From Camelus dromedarius (taxonomy: Eukaryota), in the NCBI RefSeq assembly GCF_036321535.1, contig NC_087453.1, positions 23,560,001-23,624,000 on the forward strand: a DNA stretch of 64,000 bases. Direction: 5' to 3'. How positions within the stretch are numbered: the stretch's first letter is position 1; the number at the start of each line of letters is the position of its first letter. Shown here piece after piece: positions 1-11,600 of this stretch. Below the pieces are notes generated by a model that was not told the origin of the DNA, did no database searches, and worked only from the letters and a program-made list of their open reading frames with translations. The translations under genes were made by a program, and so were the position numbers.

Positions 1-850
1 AGACAGTATTTCCCAGCCTCCCTTGCAGCTAAGTGTGGCCACGTGACTAAGATCTGGCGAGTGAGGTGTAAGCAGAAATGTTAAGAGGCAACTTCCAGAA
101 ACCTTTCTAAAGATAGCTAGTGTGTGCACTTTCCCCTTCTTTTTTGTCCATTCCTCCCTCTTGTCACCTGGACCATGGTGTGATGGTTGGCATCTAGCTG
201 CTCTTTTGGTCCCAGACATAGGGATGCTGGATCAGTGAGCTGGAAGGATCCTAGGATTAGATGACTTTACGGAGCAGAACGTCCACTTCAGCCTGTGGCA
301 GATTGTTTGAGAAGATCCCTCCGTCCCAGTGCCTTTGGACAATGTGACTTTGCCCTCTTCCCATCAAGAGATAAAGTGTTTCCCTACCCTGAAACTGGAC
401 TGGTCCTGTGACCTGCTTTGATCAGTAGAATTGGCCGTGGGTGACTTCTAAGGCAAGGCCATAAGGGGCCTCACAGTTTCCATGTTTGCTTGTTGGAGTG
501 CTGACCCGAGGCCCCATCATGAAGAAGCCGGTCTAGCCTACCAGAGGATGAGGGTCCCAGCCAGGGGCTCCAGCTGCCAGTACAGGATGAGAGTGAGGCC
601 AAGTGGGACCTTGCAGGCCAGGCTGCCCTCTAGCTGAGCCCAGGAGAAGCCCGCGGGGGAGGTGCCCCACCCCTGCCCCGAGTCGCAGAAATAAACGGTC
701 CTTGTTTTCAGGCACTAAATTTTAGGGTAGTTTGTTTACGCAGCAAAAGCTGAATAAAACACAGCCCTAGGCTGTGCACCTCTGACTTCTTCATGAGAAG
801 GAAACTTTGTTCTTGTCGAAGCCATTCTTGTTGTGAGTCTGGGGTGAGCC
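1..850 (+). mobile_element. Older MLT1 (J/K-like) LTR split by the 294-761 insertion
   Basis: TATTTCCCAGCCTCCCTTGCAGCTAAGTGTGGCCACGTGACT at the 5' side and CTCTGACTTCTTCATGAGAAGG...AAGCCA at the 3' side resemble MLT1 consensus pieces. Confidence 0.65.
294..761 (+). mobile_element. MaLR solo LTR (MLT1E/F/G-like) nested in an older MLT1
   Basis: TG...CA termini with an exact 5-bp TSD CAGCC (289-293, 762-766). Typical MLT1 3' end (AATAAA...GGTAGTTTGTTTACGCAGCA). Confidence 0.82.
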
Positions 851-1734
851 CAGTCCCGATGCACCTGTGGACTAGTGGTTTACGCTGGGACGTGACACTG
901 CAGTGTCCAGGGTGATTCTCTCTTGCTGCTGACCGACATGCTAAGCCCTTTTTCAATTGGTTGCCATGACAACAAGGGACTCCATTTCCTCTAAAGAGGA
1001 TGGTCTCCGGGGCAATTAGATTCTGGCCATATGCGTTACCTAATTCTCCAATCTGATCTGAAACTACAACCCTCCACATGCTCCCCGCTTTGGCCACCCT
1101 CTGCCCGGGAGGTCAAAGCCGACTTCCTCTGCTAATCTCCTTACAGCCTAATTGAATTCTGAGGCTGTTTCTTATTCATGCTATCTTCCCAGGCTCCACT
1201 CAGATATTCAGAGGCTTCCTTTTGGATTCTGCATCTCTTGTTTTCCAAGATCTCTGCTACAACATCCCTGAAGTTGAGTTAGACCAGGACAGTGAGCCCT
1301 CTCCCACACTGAGCCTCAGTTTTCTGATCTGTAAATGGAGACCACATGGGGTTGCTGGGAGATCCCCATCTATAAACCTTGCAGTTTTCAGCCCCTTCAC
1401 TCTGTGCTTTAAGTCCCTGAATGACATCCCAGAGCACTGACAATAAAATCTCATATGCTTGTTGCAGCCTGGAGGTCTGCCCAGCTCTCCACACTCCCAC
1501 TCCACACCCCCAACAGGGGCCTCACCCTCTTCCTCAAGCCCCTGTGTGTTCCCAGCTCAGGGCATTTCCCTTGCTGTTCCCTGGCTCCTCCCCACCCTTC
1601 AGACCTCATTTTAAAAGTCATCTCCCAGAGAGGCCTTCCCTGACCATATTGTCAAAAGAGGCAGCCTATTCCATCCTCCCCCCAACCAAAGGTAAGAAAA
1701 ATAACCTTAATAATTAAATTATAACTTTAATAAG

Positions 1735-1866
1735 NNNNNNNNNNNNNNNNNNNNNNNNNNNNNNNNNNNNNNNNNNNNNNNNNNNNNNNNNNNNNNNNNN
1801 NNNNNNNNNNNNNNNNNNNNNNNNNNNNNNNNNNNNNNNNNNNNNNNNNNNNNNNNNNNNNNNNNN
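1735..1866. other. Assembly gap (132 N)
   Basis: N run adjacent to L1 sequence. Confidence 0.99.
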
Positions 1867-2375
1867 TGGTACATCCAGATCATGGAATATTATTCAGAAG
1901 TAAAAAGACGTAAGCTCTCAAGCCATGAAAAGACAGGAAGGAAGTTTAAGCGCATATTACGAAGTGAAAAAAGCAATCTGAAAAGACTACACACTGTATA
2001 ATTCTAACTATATAGCATTCTGGAAAAGGCAAAACAATGGAGACAGTGAAAGATCAGTGGTTGCCACGGGTTAGGGGAGAGAGGGATGGAGGGGTGCATC
2101 GGGGGTTTTTAGGGAGTGAAGCTATTATTCTAGATGATACCGCAGTGGTGGGTATGTGTCATTATACATTTGTAAAAGCTCATAGAAAATATGGCACAAA
2201 GAGTGAGCCCAAATACTAATGTATCATTACTGGCTCATCAGTTGTAACAAGCGCATCCTGCTAATGCCAGATGTTAGTAACAGGGGAAACTATGAATTGG
2301 GGGAGGTGAAGCAGTATGGGAACTCTGTACTTTCATTCAGTCTTTTCCTGTAACCCTAAAACTAAAAAAAAAAAA
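1867..2375 (+). mobile_element. L1 (L1MC-like) 3' end with poly(A)
   Basis: Characteristic L1M 3' UTR (ATGGAATATTATTCAG...GGAAAAGGCAAAAC...GGGAACTCTGTACTTT...A tail). Confidence 0.8.
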
Positions 2376-2658
2376 ACCAAAATCTATTAAGTTTTTTAAA
2401 AATTAAAGCACTGATAGCACTTAACTTATGTAAAGTTAATTGAGGCTTTACTGTCACTATCTTATCCTTTAGAGTGTGAACCCCAGGAGAACAGGAGTCC
2501 CCATGAGGACCGAGAGTGAGAGTGAGTCCATTGACAGTACAGGGCAACATTCATTCCAAGGAAAGAGGGCATAACTGCTCCACTCCCACACTTCAAACCC
2601 TTAGGAGTAAATTCCAAACTCATTGCCAAGTGCACAAAGCCATCATCTGAGGCTACTT

Positions 2659-3153
2659 TGAGGTGGGAGCCCTGTGAGAAAGACGGAAGTAACCCCAGGC
2701 AAGGCCACTACTCTTCTGTCAGCACCATTCGGTTCCCTGGCCCAGTGGCATCATCTTGCTTTTTAACTCTGAAAGGGCTTACTTCTAGGACAGTGGAACT
2801 TACCCCTAAGATTCTATTGGTTCCCTGAGCTAACTCCTGATTGGTCCGTTTGTAGTGCCTCATTTGCATGGAGCTCACTCCTGATTGGTCCATTTCTACA
2901 AAGCTCTTTCCTAATTAGTCAACTTAGTTACACCTTATTTGCATATGATGCCAAGTATAGGCTGGCAGCCTATAAAAGCCTATGTAAACCTACAGACGGG
3001 GTCCAGAGCTTGGAGTGTTAACTCCTCTGGGTCTGCTGACATAATAAACCTAAGTTCTCCAACTCTCTGAGTGCTGCTTGGTCTCTGGTCCAGATCCAGG
3101 TTGCTGTCACAACTGAGCTGTGACACTGAGCTGTAACACACGTTGCTGCAATA
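2659..3153 (+). mobile_element. ERV solo LTR (class I-like, 4-bp TSD) with intact promoter motifs
   Basis: ACTT repeats at 2655-2658 and 3154-3157. TG start, 3' end CAATA (imperfect). ATTGG at 2816, 2840, 2884; ATTTGCAT at 2862, 2937; TATAAAA at 2971; AATAAA at 3043. Confidence 0.75.
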
Positions 3154-5339
3154 ACTTCAGCCCTCAAAGAAAGCCACTCCCTCTGGTTATGATGAGCCCA
3201 GATTTACCACTGGGAGCCTGAAGGAGAGGGTTTGTAACTCTCTTTGAAACTCTGTTGTTTTACTAAAGGGAAAGTCTCCATTGAATGCTAGAGTCTTCAC
3301 CATTCCTGAATGCTTGCAAAGCACCCTCTTCTCTTGTCTTTCTCTAGCAGGCTTGGTCCAGAGCTGGTCCCTCACAATTTTATTCTTAGAATGATTGTTA
3401 TATCATTTCTATTAATACAATACAATATGGGCTTTCCACTTATGGTAGTAGCATAACCTTTCCTTCTTTCATCAATTCATTCCTAGAAGTTTTTAAAAAC
3501 TAAGTTAAATTCAAGGAAACTGTTAAGTGCAGGACTGTGTTGGCAGTGAGTGGCTGTGCAGATGGTATGTGAATGTCTGAAGTTTGAGAAACACAACCAG
3601 GCAGATTCTGTGGGTCCTTTCAGCAAGAGCTGGTTGTGATTCTATGGTTTGTTTAAGCTGATTGGCTGAAGTATATTCATCATAGGGTGATTCACAGCAG
3701 CAATAAAAATACCATTTGTAATAGTATAAACAACTCAAATGTTCATCCCATTGAAAAGGTGGCCATATAATTCCTCATCCAGGACTCTCTGAAAAGGGAA
3801 AGAAGTGCTATCAAGAACGACAGCAGAGCAAGGCACCATTTCGACAATGTCCCAGACATGATGTTCAGTCCTCCTCCCATCAGGAGACGCTTGAGTAAAC
3901 TATGTGTATCCAGTTTGTGAACTATTATGATTATGTAGATTTATAAATGACACTTATGAAGAATGCATTAAAAAAATGCTAAGACGTATCACTTTAAATG
4001 AGAAAGGCATATCATTCAGTGCTCAGAGACAAGCAGAGAAACCAGCCTGGGAGGAGACACACCACAACAGTGACTGCAGCTAAGAGATGGGGTCAAAGGT
4101 GGTATTTTTTTTTTCTTAGTTGTAGGTTTATGTATAAATATTTATGCCTGACTTTGTTTCAGAAAACTCTGATTAAGCACATCTGACCGTGTCATTTCTT
4201 TGCTTAAAATCCTCCACTTGCTTCCCTTGTTCTTGAAATAAAGCCCACCCACCACAACATGGCCTACAGGTCCAGTGTGATCAAACTTCCTCTCCACGTC
4301 TCTGCACAGCATCCTGGCTTTCCTCTAAACTCATGCACAAAGTGTTCCTTTCACCTCTGCCTGTGCTGGTCCTTCCACTGAAAACCCTCCCTTCACTCGC
4401 CCAAACCTGCAGCTCTGTTTGTTACACACTCCTCCCCAGAGTAACTCTTTATTTTTCAGAGCTCCTTGCTCTCTGAGGTCTTCCCTGCTGAGCTGTAAAC
4501 CCCTTAAGGGCAAAGATTATACACGTTTTGATCCCCACTGTGCCTTGGCCCAGGGGCTCAGTTAACATTTGATACTTTTCTGATGCTTTTCTGAGTATCT
4601 CAAATGTTCCTAAGTGGGCAAGAGACACTTGTAATCTGTAAAGTCAATGAGAAAATTGACTAGCCATATTCCCTAGTGTGTTAAAATATAATTTGATTTG
4701 CAAAAATTCAATTTATACACTTTGCAATGACATATCTTTTACGTAAAACAAGTCTCAATTCAGGGACTTTTCTCCCCAAAAGATCAAAGCTCAAAATACC
4801 AAGACTACGTTTCTCAAGGTTGAGATGGGGAAGGGGTGGCGAGCGTTTGCTGTGAGCTGGCTTCTGCAGACGGATTTCTTAAGTGCAACCCACCACCACC
4901 TCCACTGGCCGAGCCCCGAGAGCTCACCTCTCCCTGGCCATGGTCCTGATACCTGTCAATGTCTGGTAAGGAGAGAACATTGTGTCTGGGGCCTTGATCC
5001 CAAGGAAAAGAAGCTCCCATGTCATTCCTGGTAGCCTGCATTTCTCACATTCACTTTGGAGGATGCTGTTTGCCAAGAGGACCACAGAACATTCCCTGCA
5101 GCTCCCTGCAGCCTGCCCTGCACTAGGCAGCTAGCCTGATCCCCCAAACCCAGTCAGATAATGTTCCTCAAGCACTTAAAACCCTCCAGTGTTCCCTCTT
5201 ATCCAAGGCAAAAAGTCCAAGTCCTTTCCCATCCCAGAATTGGGCAACAATATCATATACTGCCCAAACCAGGGCACTCTGAGGGTAAAGGGGGCTCTGC
5301 CAATACCACAGGGTAATGATGTAAACCGGGACCCAGTGC

Positions 5340-5820
5340 TGAGATCCGGGAGACCCACACGATTTGGCCCCTGTCTGCTCCTGTTTCCTACCCTCTGCCT
5401 TCACTGGTCCCCTTTGCTTCCTTATTCTTCTTTACACAACCACAAACCCTCCCCTGGACCTTTGCACTTGCTGTTCCCCTACCTGGAATGCTGCTTTGCC
5501 TACTGACACCCACAACGATCCCCCCACCTCCTACACATCTCTGATCAAATACCCCCACTTCCGAGAGGTCTTTGTGACCCCTCTAAGTAACACTTCCAGC
5601 CTGTCATCACTGGCATCTCCCTGCCCTTTCATCTTCCCGCACAGCACTCATACCCACATGAGACATCGACCCATTGCTTCGTTTATAGGCGACTAGTCTC
5701 CCCCTCAGAAAGTGAGCCCTATGAAGTAGAGATTCTGCTTAATCACCATGGAATCCCCCGCCTCTACCCCAGTGCAGGGTATACAACAGGAAGCATTCAT
5801 CAAGTGATCAGATGAATTTG
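5340..5820 (+). mobile_element. L2 LINE 3' fragment
   Basis: CTTTGCACTTGCTGTTCCCCTACCTGGAATGC and a decayed L2 3' terminus. Confidence 0.65.
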
Positions 5821-6954
5821 GGTGGGGAGGGGATTCGCACTGATCGCACAACAGCTTTGGGCCGTGATCCTCATGTCTTCTCATGTGACACCCCCACCAA
5901 CTACCTGCCAGGGTAGGAATGATCACCCCCCGGTTTCAGATGAGTTAGCCAAGGGTCCTTTGCTTTGTGCATCAATCATTGACACAAAGTCCAAAGCAGA
6001 GCAAGTGTTCCTTGTCAGCCTTGAAAGGACAAAAGCCCTTACAATATCATCCACGTGGTTTTAGAGAAGAGAAATCTGTGTCCTGGAGAATTCAAAGCCC
6101 ACCTCCTGCAGCTGGTTAGCAGAGCCGGGACCCCACTTGGACCCCAGGTCCCCGGATTCTCAGCCACAGGGCTCCTTTTTCCAAGTCCAAACACCGCATG
6201 GATCTTATCAGTGACAGGAAAGCACTCCCCCAACTCTCTCCAACACCAGGGTGGGTCCCTCGGGGTGTGAGAGTGGGACAGGTGGGCATTTTGGACAGCA
6301 AAACTCAAAGGTGATTAAGGATGAGAGGAGCCCTGGGGATGAAGAACAGTGGGGCTGGGCTTAAGTTAGAGCCGAGACAAATGCGTGGGGGCACAGCTTC
6401 GTGCAAATTTATATACTAGAAGGGTAATTGTAAATCTCTGTTATAAATCTCAGCAGCTATAATGGGAGGCGACAGGGACCCAATGCATGAATCGTAAATA
6501 CCAAAATGACATCTATTAGGGCACCATTGTTCCTGACACTGTTGTGGGCATTTTGTTGTCTTCAGCTTTGGGGCCTCTAATTAACAGACAAATCCCATCG
6601 CTGGGCCCGTTTGTGTGAAGGGCTTGGAGTTGGGGGGTGGGGGAGGGATAAGCCAAACGTCAGGGATCATTATGAATTGTCATCATTATGACAAGACTTT
6701 CCTCGTTGGCGATGGTGTACTGCGTTGTCGTGGAAACCGCATACTTATTAGTCACACGCTTTCTGAAGGTTACCGGGATGTCGGCATCCCTTAACCAATG
6801 CCTGCTCTCTGATCACTGCCCAGTGGCCTTGGTGACATGGACAAAGAACCAGAACTCCACGAGGCCTGTGATGTTTTCATTCCAATTCTTCCTCGGGCTT
6901 GCGTTCCATCACCACAAACAGCTCATAAAAAAAAAAAAAAAAAAAACTCAGCCC

Positions 6955-7090
6955 TCCGGGATGCTGGAAATGTCCTATATGGTGATGTGAGTGGTGATCA
7001 CATGGGTGTGTACATACGTAAGACTCTATCGAGCTGCACACTTAAGATTAAGTTCACTTTACAGCATGTATATTGCAGCTTGATTTAAAA
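6955..7090 (+). mobile_element. L1ME-like 3' end fragment
   Basis: GCTGGAAATGTCCTATAT...GGTGATCACATGGGTGTGTACAT...CACTTAAGAT typical of old L1 3' ends. Confidence 0.6.
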
Positions 7091-7799
7091 CCAGTTTTGT
7101 TAATATCATCTTTTCCTTACTACCAGGAGGATTGTGTCATTTCAATAGGTGTGCGCCTTGCTCAGGTGACACCTGGGAGACCATAATCAGAGGCACTGCC
7201 CTTCAAGAGGGGGCAGCGACCAGTGTCACACACTTCTGTGGGTCAAGTGTATCACAGACTTTACGTTACTGAATCCTAACCTCTGTCCAGAGAAGTCGGT
7301 CTTTTTCTCCCCGTTTGACAGTTTGGAAAGTGAGGCTCAGTCAAGTGCAGTGGCCTGCCCAGAGGCGCCCAGGGAAGTAGGATCTGAGCCCAGGTGTCTG
7401 TGACGGCTCCCTGGACATGCTCCTTCCAGCTTGTATGGGCAGCTCTCCTTCACCAAGTGAAATGCATCCAAAAGGGGAGTCCAGGACAACAGCATTCTGG
7501 AAACCATACCATATGGGGAAAATTGAAAAAGAAAAAAAAAAAAAAGAAAAAAAGAAGTGTTTCTCATTAAACAAAAGGTCACAAAATTGTGCTGAGACTA
7601 GTCTGTCTCATCCCAAACATATTACTGTTTGTTCTGCTCAGTACTTAAAAAAAAAAATTACTTGCCTACACTGAAATAAAACTGCAAACCCATATTTCTA
7701 CAGTCTCTTAAAAATCAAATCTGGCTACTCTGAGCCCACATTTCCATCGCACATCCTCTAGTTGGCCCTAGTCCCCCCACCGGCCACCCTCACTCACTA

Positions 7800-8330
7800 G
7801 TGGTGAATGTCTACTGTTTGGTGGGCTGGCATTCATTCACTCTCCTACTGGGAACAAGTGTCCCTCTGAGAAAATTACCCCCTTTCCCACTCCTAGTCCA
7901 ACTACTTTGAGTTGGATTGAATCCAGCTCTGGATCCAGTGACCACATGGTTTAATTCTGACCAATCAGAGCATCATGTTAATCTGTCTGTCTACAATGAC
8001 TGGCATTAGCACAGGATGGACGTTTGACCCATTCATGAGGTGCCATGAAACTTTGATTGGGATTTGCTGTGAAAGCATGCATGCTGGACTTGAGTCTGCC
8101 TGGTATAGCCTGGAGCTGCTGTCAGCCATCCTAAAAGCATGTGGAGTCTTAGAATGAGTCCAACACAGGGGAGAGAAGAGCCTAGTGACAGAGAGGTTCT
8201 GGTGTCCCTATTGGACCCCTGGATCAAGCTCCACCTGAAGCTAAGTATCTTGGATCTTTCTTTTGTGTGAATCAATAAATTACCTGGTTTTTTGTTTGTT
8301 TGTTTGCTTCTTTAACCTACTTGAGATGGT
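7800..8330 (+). mobile_element. ERVL-type LTR (LTR16/LTR33-like)
   Basis: TGACCAATCAGAGC, GACCCCTGGATCAAGCTCCACCTGAAGC...AATAAATT motifs typical of LTR16-family 3' ends. Confidence 0.6.
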
Positions 8331-9019
8331 TGGAGGAAATAATCCCAATCTTAGGTTCCTTCCAACTTGATGATCCTACAAATATCAAAAATGAAATATT
8401 CCTCAAGAAAGATTTCCTGAATACCCTATAGAGATTCCTTCCCTACCCCTATTATCCATTATTACCAAATCCCAATTATTTCCTTTAAAAAAAGTCCTAT
8501 ATTTTAATTTTAATTTTAATTTATTTTTAATTTATATTTTGGTTTATGTGTTTATTTCTCTCTCCCCAACTAGACTGTAAGTTCCATAAGAGGTGAGACC
8601 TTGTCTGTCTTATTTTCCTGTACCTCCAGCACCTGGTCAAAGGCCTTCAATTACCACTTCGTTGAATGAATGAAGGAATGAATGAAATCCCCCTGACTCT
8701 GTGTTTTCTATGAAGTCACTCAGAAAGCTAATGTCCAATGGGAACCCATGAGGTCTGTAGCCACTGAATCTTCTAGCCATATTTAAAAGCATCTCATCTA
8801 TGCCTTTTCATGAGAGATGTCATTTTAGTAAAGGACACCATGCCAGCCATTCTCTAGAGTGTTCTTCATCCTTATCACACTCCCCTTTGTCTGGAAACAT
8901 TTCTCCCTTCCAGTTGGTCACCCAGCATAGGAGACAGCACCCCTCCCTCCTCTCCCCACTATGTTGCTTGATCTTTGAGCTTTGCCACTATCCCTTAAGA
9001 CAATGTTGGAGAGGAAACC

Positions 9020-9215
9020 CTCATTTACTGAGTGCCTACTATGTCCTAGGACCTTTGCGTATTTGATCGCACCTAATCTTCACAGCCACCTTGCAAAATT
9101 GGTACTGTTGTCTTTATTGTACAGAGGAGGGAACAAAGGCTCAGAGAGGTCAAGTGACTTACCTGAGGCCACACAGATCTCAAATTTAGGGCCATGGCAC
9201 TCTAAAGTTTGTGTT
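9020..9215 (-). mobile_element. MIR SINE
   Basis: TTTACTGAGTGCCTACTATG...GGCTCAGAGAGGTCAAGTGACTT, reverse of the MIR consensus. Confidence 0.7.
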
Positions 9216-9331
9216 CTTTCTATTAGCCTACATTAAGTTTTCTAATCTGAATGTGTGTGTGTGTGTTTGTATTTTTTTCATTCCACAGTACTCTTTTCTG
9301 CAAATGGTCTTTTCACTCTTGGGGCTGAGGT

Positions 9332-9355
9332 ACACACACACACACACACACACAC
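9332..9355 (+). repeat. (AC)12 microsatellite; a (TG)7 tract lies at 9252-9265
   Basis: Direct inspection. Confidence 0.95.
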
Positions 9356-9364
9356 GCATGCACA

Positions 9365-10958
9365 GCCCAAGTCATCAGTATCTTTATTTTATTTATTGTA
9401 CTGGAGAAGTAGGAAACAACACAGTCTTGTTGAGGACTAAGCAATACCAAGTAAATTGCATAAATGGGATTTTCAAAAAGCACACAAAGTAACTCTAAAA
9501 CAATCTATACATTTCAGAACATCATGAGAGGCCTGGGGGTTGTGCATGAAGATGTGAGCTCAATAGCGTCTTATACAAAATAACCAAACTCAAGTTCATT
9601 TCCTCCCCTATCCAGGCCAGCCTCCTGGATCCACAAACCAAACCATAGTGCCTGGGGACAAATGAGAGACAGATTCAGAGAGGCAGAGAGAAAGAGACAG
9701 ACAAAGAGACAGAAGAGAGGACTCTGACTGAAACCAAAGCATCAGGAGGTCCCTGTCTCTGATTCTGGGTTATCTGAATCAAGGGAACTCATTTGGCCTC
9801 AAGCATTTAATCATTTCATTCCTCTCTGTGGTTTCACTTGGAGGCATTAAGAGGAAAGAATCATCACGGGGGATAAAGAGGGCCTTTTCCTCTTTCTAGC
9901 TGTCGCTTCTGGATTCCCTTACCCAATGCCCAATGCATATGTTTGGCCAGATGGCTTGGACTCTTGGCAGCAGATTCAGCTGCTCAAGAACACGGTTTTG
10001 CTTAACCTCATCAACTTGACTCAGCTTCAGTTCATCCTGGGGTTGGAGTGTGATACCAATCAGTTTAATTAGCTTAATGAGGGCTGAGGGAACCGGTCCA
10101 CATTTTGAGTCTGTTGCACAGAACAAATTGGTTTGCCTCGCTCCCTCCTTGGTCCTTTCAGCATTCAGGAGAGCTGCTCTCATTAACCATTTCGGAAAGG
10201 GATTTTCACTCCCTTCCCCTCCTGTGAGGAGTTGGGCGCTGTCCAGGGTACCGACACGGACTGGAATCCAGGAACTGGGTTCTTCAGAAGGTGTGTTTCT
10301 AAACAAAGAGAACTCAGAGTACATTGACCAAACATTTAACCCACTGGGAAACGGAACCCTAGTGTAGGAATTCCTGCTCCAATAAAAAAGCAGTGTTTGA
10401 GCTTTTTACCTAAAACACGGTCTCCACATGTAGGTGGATCTTTTGAGGTGTGAGAATAAAATGTTAGGATTTTTATTTGTTTATCTATCTTGTTTTAGAT
10501 TTCTCTTTTGTATGTTTATGATACATATTTACCATATAACTGAATATGTCTGCGTGGGAGGGGGTATGATCATTTTTTCTTCTTAGAGAAGCATTGAGCA
10601 GTAAAGTTTGGAGATCATAGATCCAGAGGGATCAAGAAGTCCGTCTGGATTCCAGGAACTGGGGAGTCACATGAATGGGGTGGAGGGATTGATACCAAAA
10701 GCTGCTGCTGGCAGTAGTTTTAGAAGCATAGGGGCAGAGCCAAGCATTAAGCCTACGGGAGAGGGGACCCTCTATTCTCACCCCTCACTGACCCCAGACA
10801 AACACTGCAGAAGACAGGCAGGCTAGGCTTGAGTGTTTTGTAGAAAATGCCGAACGGAGGATGGAGTGGGGGGCCACAGGGGGAGGATGAATGAGTGCCT
10901 TCCAATCTGGAAGGGCGTCAGGGGAAGCTCCTGACTCAACTCCGTGGTGGGGAGGGGT
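9365..10958 (-). other. PDYN: PDYN 3' UTR (about 1.6 kb)
   Basis: Runs from the stop codon to the AATAAA cluster at 9397-9383. No splice signals needed. Confidence 0.85.
9383..9397 (-). terminator. PDYN polyadenylation signal: three overlapping AATAAA
   Basis: Minus strand reads CAATAAATAAAATAAAGATACTG, followed about 30 nt later by a (TG)12 GU-rich downstream element (9355-9332). Confidence 0.88.
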
Positions 10959-11600
10959 TTACACATCAAAAAGCTCTTCGTAGTAGGCATTGGGGTCTTC
11001 CTGAGACCGAGTAACCACCTTGAACTGGCGCCGGAGAAAACCGCCATAGCGCTTCTGGTTGTTCCACTTGAGCTTGGGACGGATGCGCCGCAAGAAGCCC
11101 CCGTAGCGCTTGTAGAGGTCCTCATGGCCCACCTTATCCCCATCTTCATCCCCCTCCCCAGCCACCTCTGAGCTCCTCTTGGGGTATTTGCGCAAGAAGC
11201 CCCCATAGCGTTTGACCTGCTCCTTGGGGTGTTTCTCATCGGAATCCAGCGCTCCAGCCTCCATGGCACCGTCATCTGGCTGGGTGTCCCCCAGCAGCTC
11301 AGAGTCCGCTTCCTCCCCTAACCTGCTGGAGAGACCCCTGAGCTTCTCCTCCAGGCTCCTGCTCAGAGCATTCTCCTCTGTGGGGGTGCTGAGGAGGAAT
11401 CGGTTTTTTTCCAGCTCCTTCCAGAAGGGCCCCACGTGCTTGGCCAGCTCACTATAGGGTTCTTCCAAAGTGGCCTTGCTCTCCAAGTCTTCCTTGCCCT
11501 CAAGCCCGAGGGTGAGGGGAGTGAGAAAAGACAGAAGTCCCTGGCATCTCTCCCACTCCTCAGTGGGCTGCGGGGCGGCCTGGCATTCCAGCGAGCAAAT
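10959..11600 (-). CDS. PDYN: Prodynorphin CDS part 2 (exon 4): 213 aa plus TAA; total protein 256 aa
   Basis: Acceptor TCTTTTGCAG/ATTTGC at 11601/11600. In frame ICSLECQ...three KR-YGGFL cores...YYEELFDV-stop. Six conserved Cys in the N-terminal domain across the two exons. Confidence 0.99.
   Translation of the reverse strand: MCSLECQAAPQPTEEWERCQGLLSFLTPLTLGLEGKEDLESKATLEEPYSELAKHVGPFWKELEKNRFLLSTPTEENALSRSLEEKLRGLSSRLGEEADSELLGDTQPDDGAMEAGALDSDEKHPKEQVKRYGGFLRKYPKRSSEVAGEGDEDGDKVGHEDLYKRYGGFLRRIRPKLKWNNQKRYGGFLRRQFKVVTRSQEDPNAYYEELFDV
10962..11048 (-). other. PDYN: Leumorphin (dynorphin B-29) [29 protein letters not shown]; dynorphin B(1-13) at 11048-11010
   Basis: Direct translation. The YYEELFDV C-terminus is the pig/cattle type rather than human YSGELFDA. 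Confidence 0.95.
11055..11105 (-). other. PDYN: Dynorphin A(1-17) coding segment [17 protein letters not shown] (Asn at position 15)
   Basis: Direct translation, flanked by KR on both sides. Codon 15 is AAC at 11063-11061. Confidence 0.95.
11178..11207 (-). other. PDYN: Alpha-neoendorphin coding segment [10 protein letters not shown]
   Basis: Direct translation, flanked by KR and R. Confidence 0.97.

Noticed and set aside
10472-10477. Proximal sense-strand AATAAA in the PDYN 3' UTR
   Set aside because: No GU/U-rich downstream element on the sense strand. The distal triple signal is much better supported.
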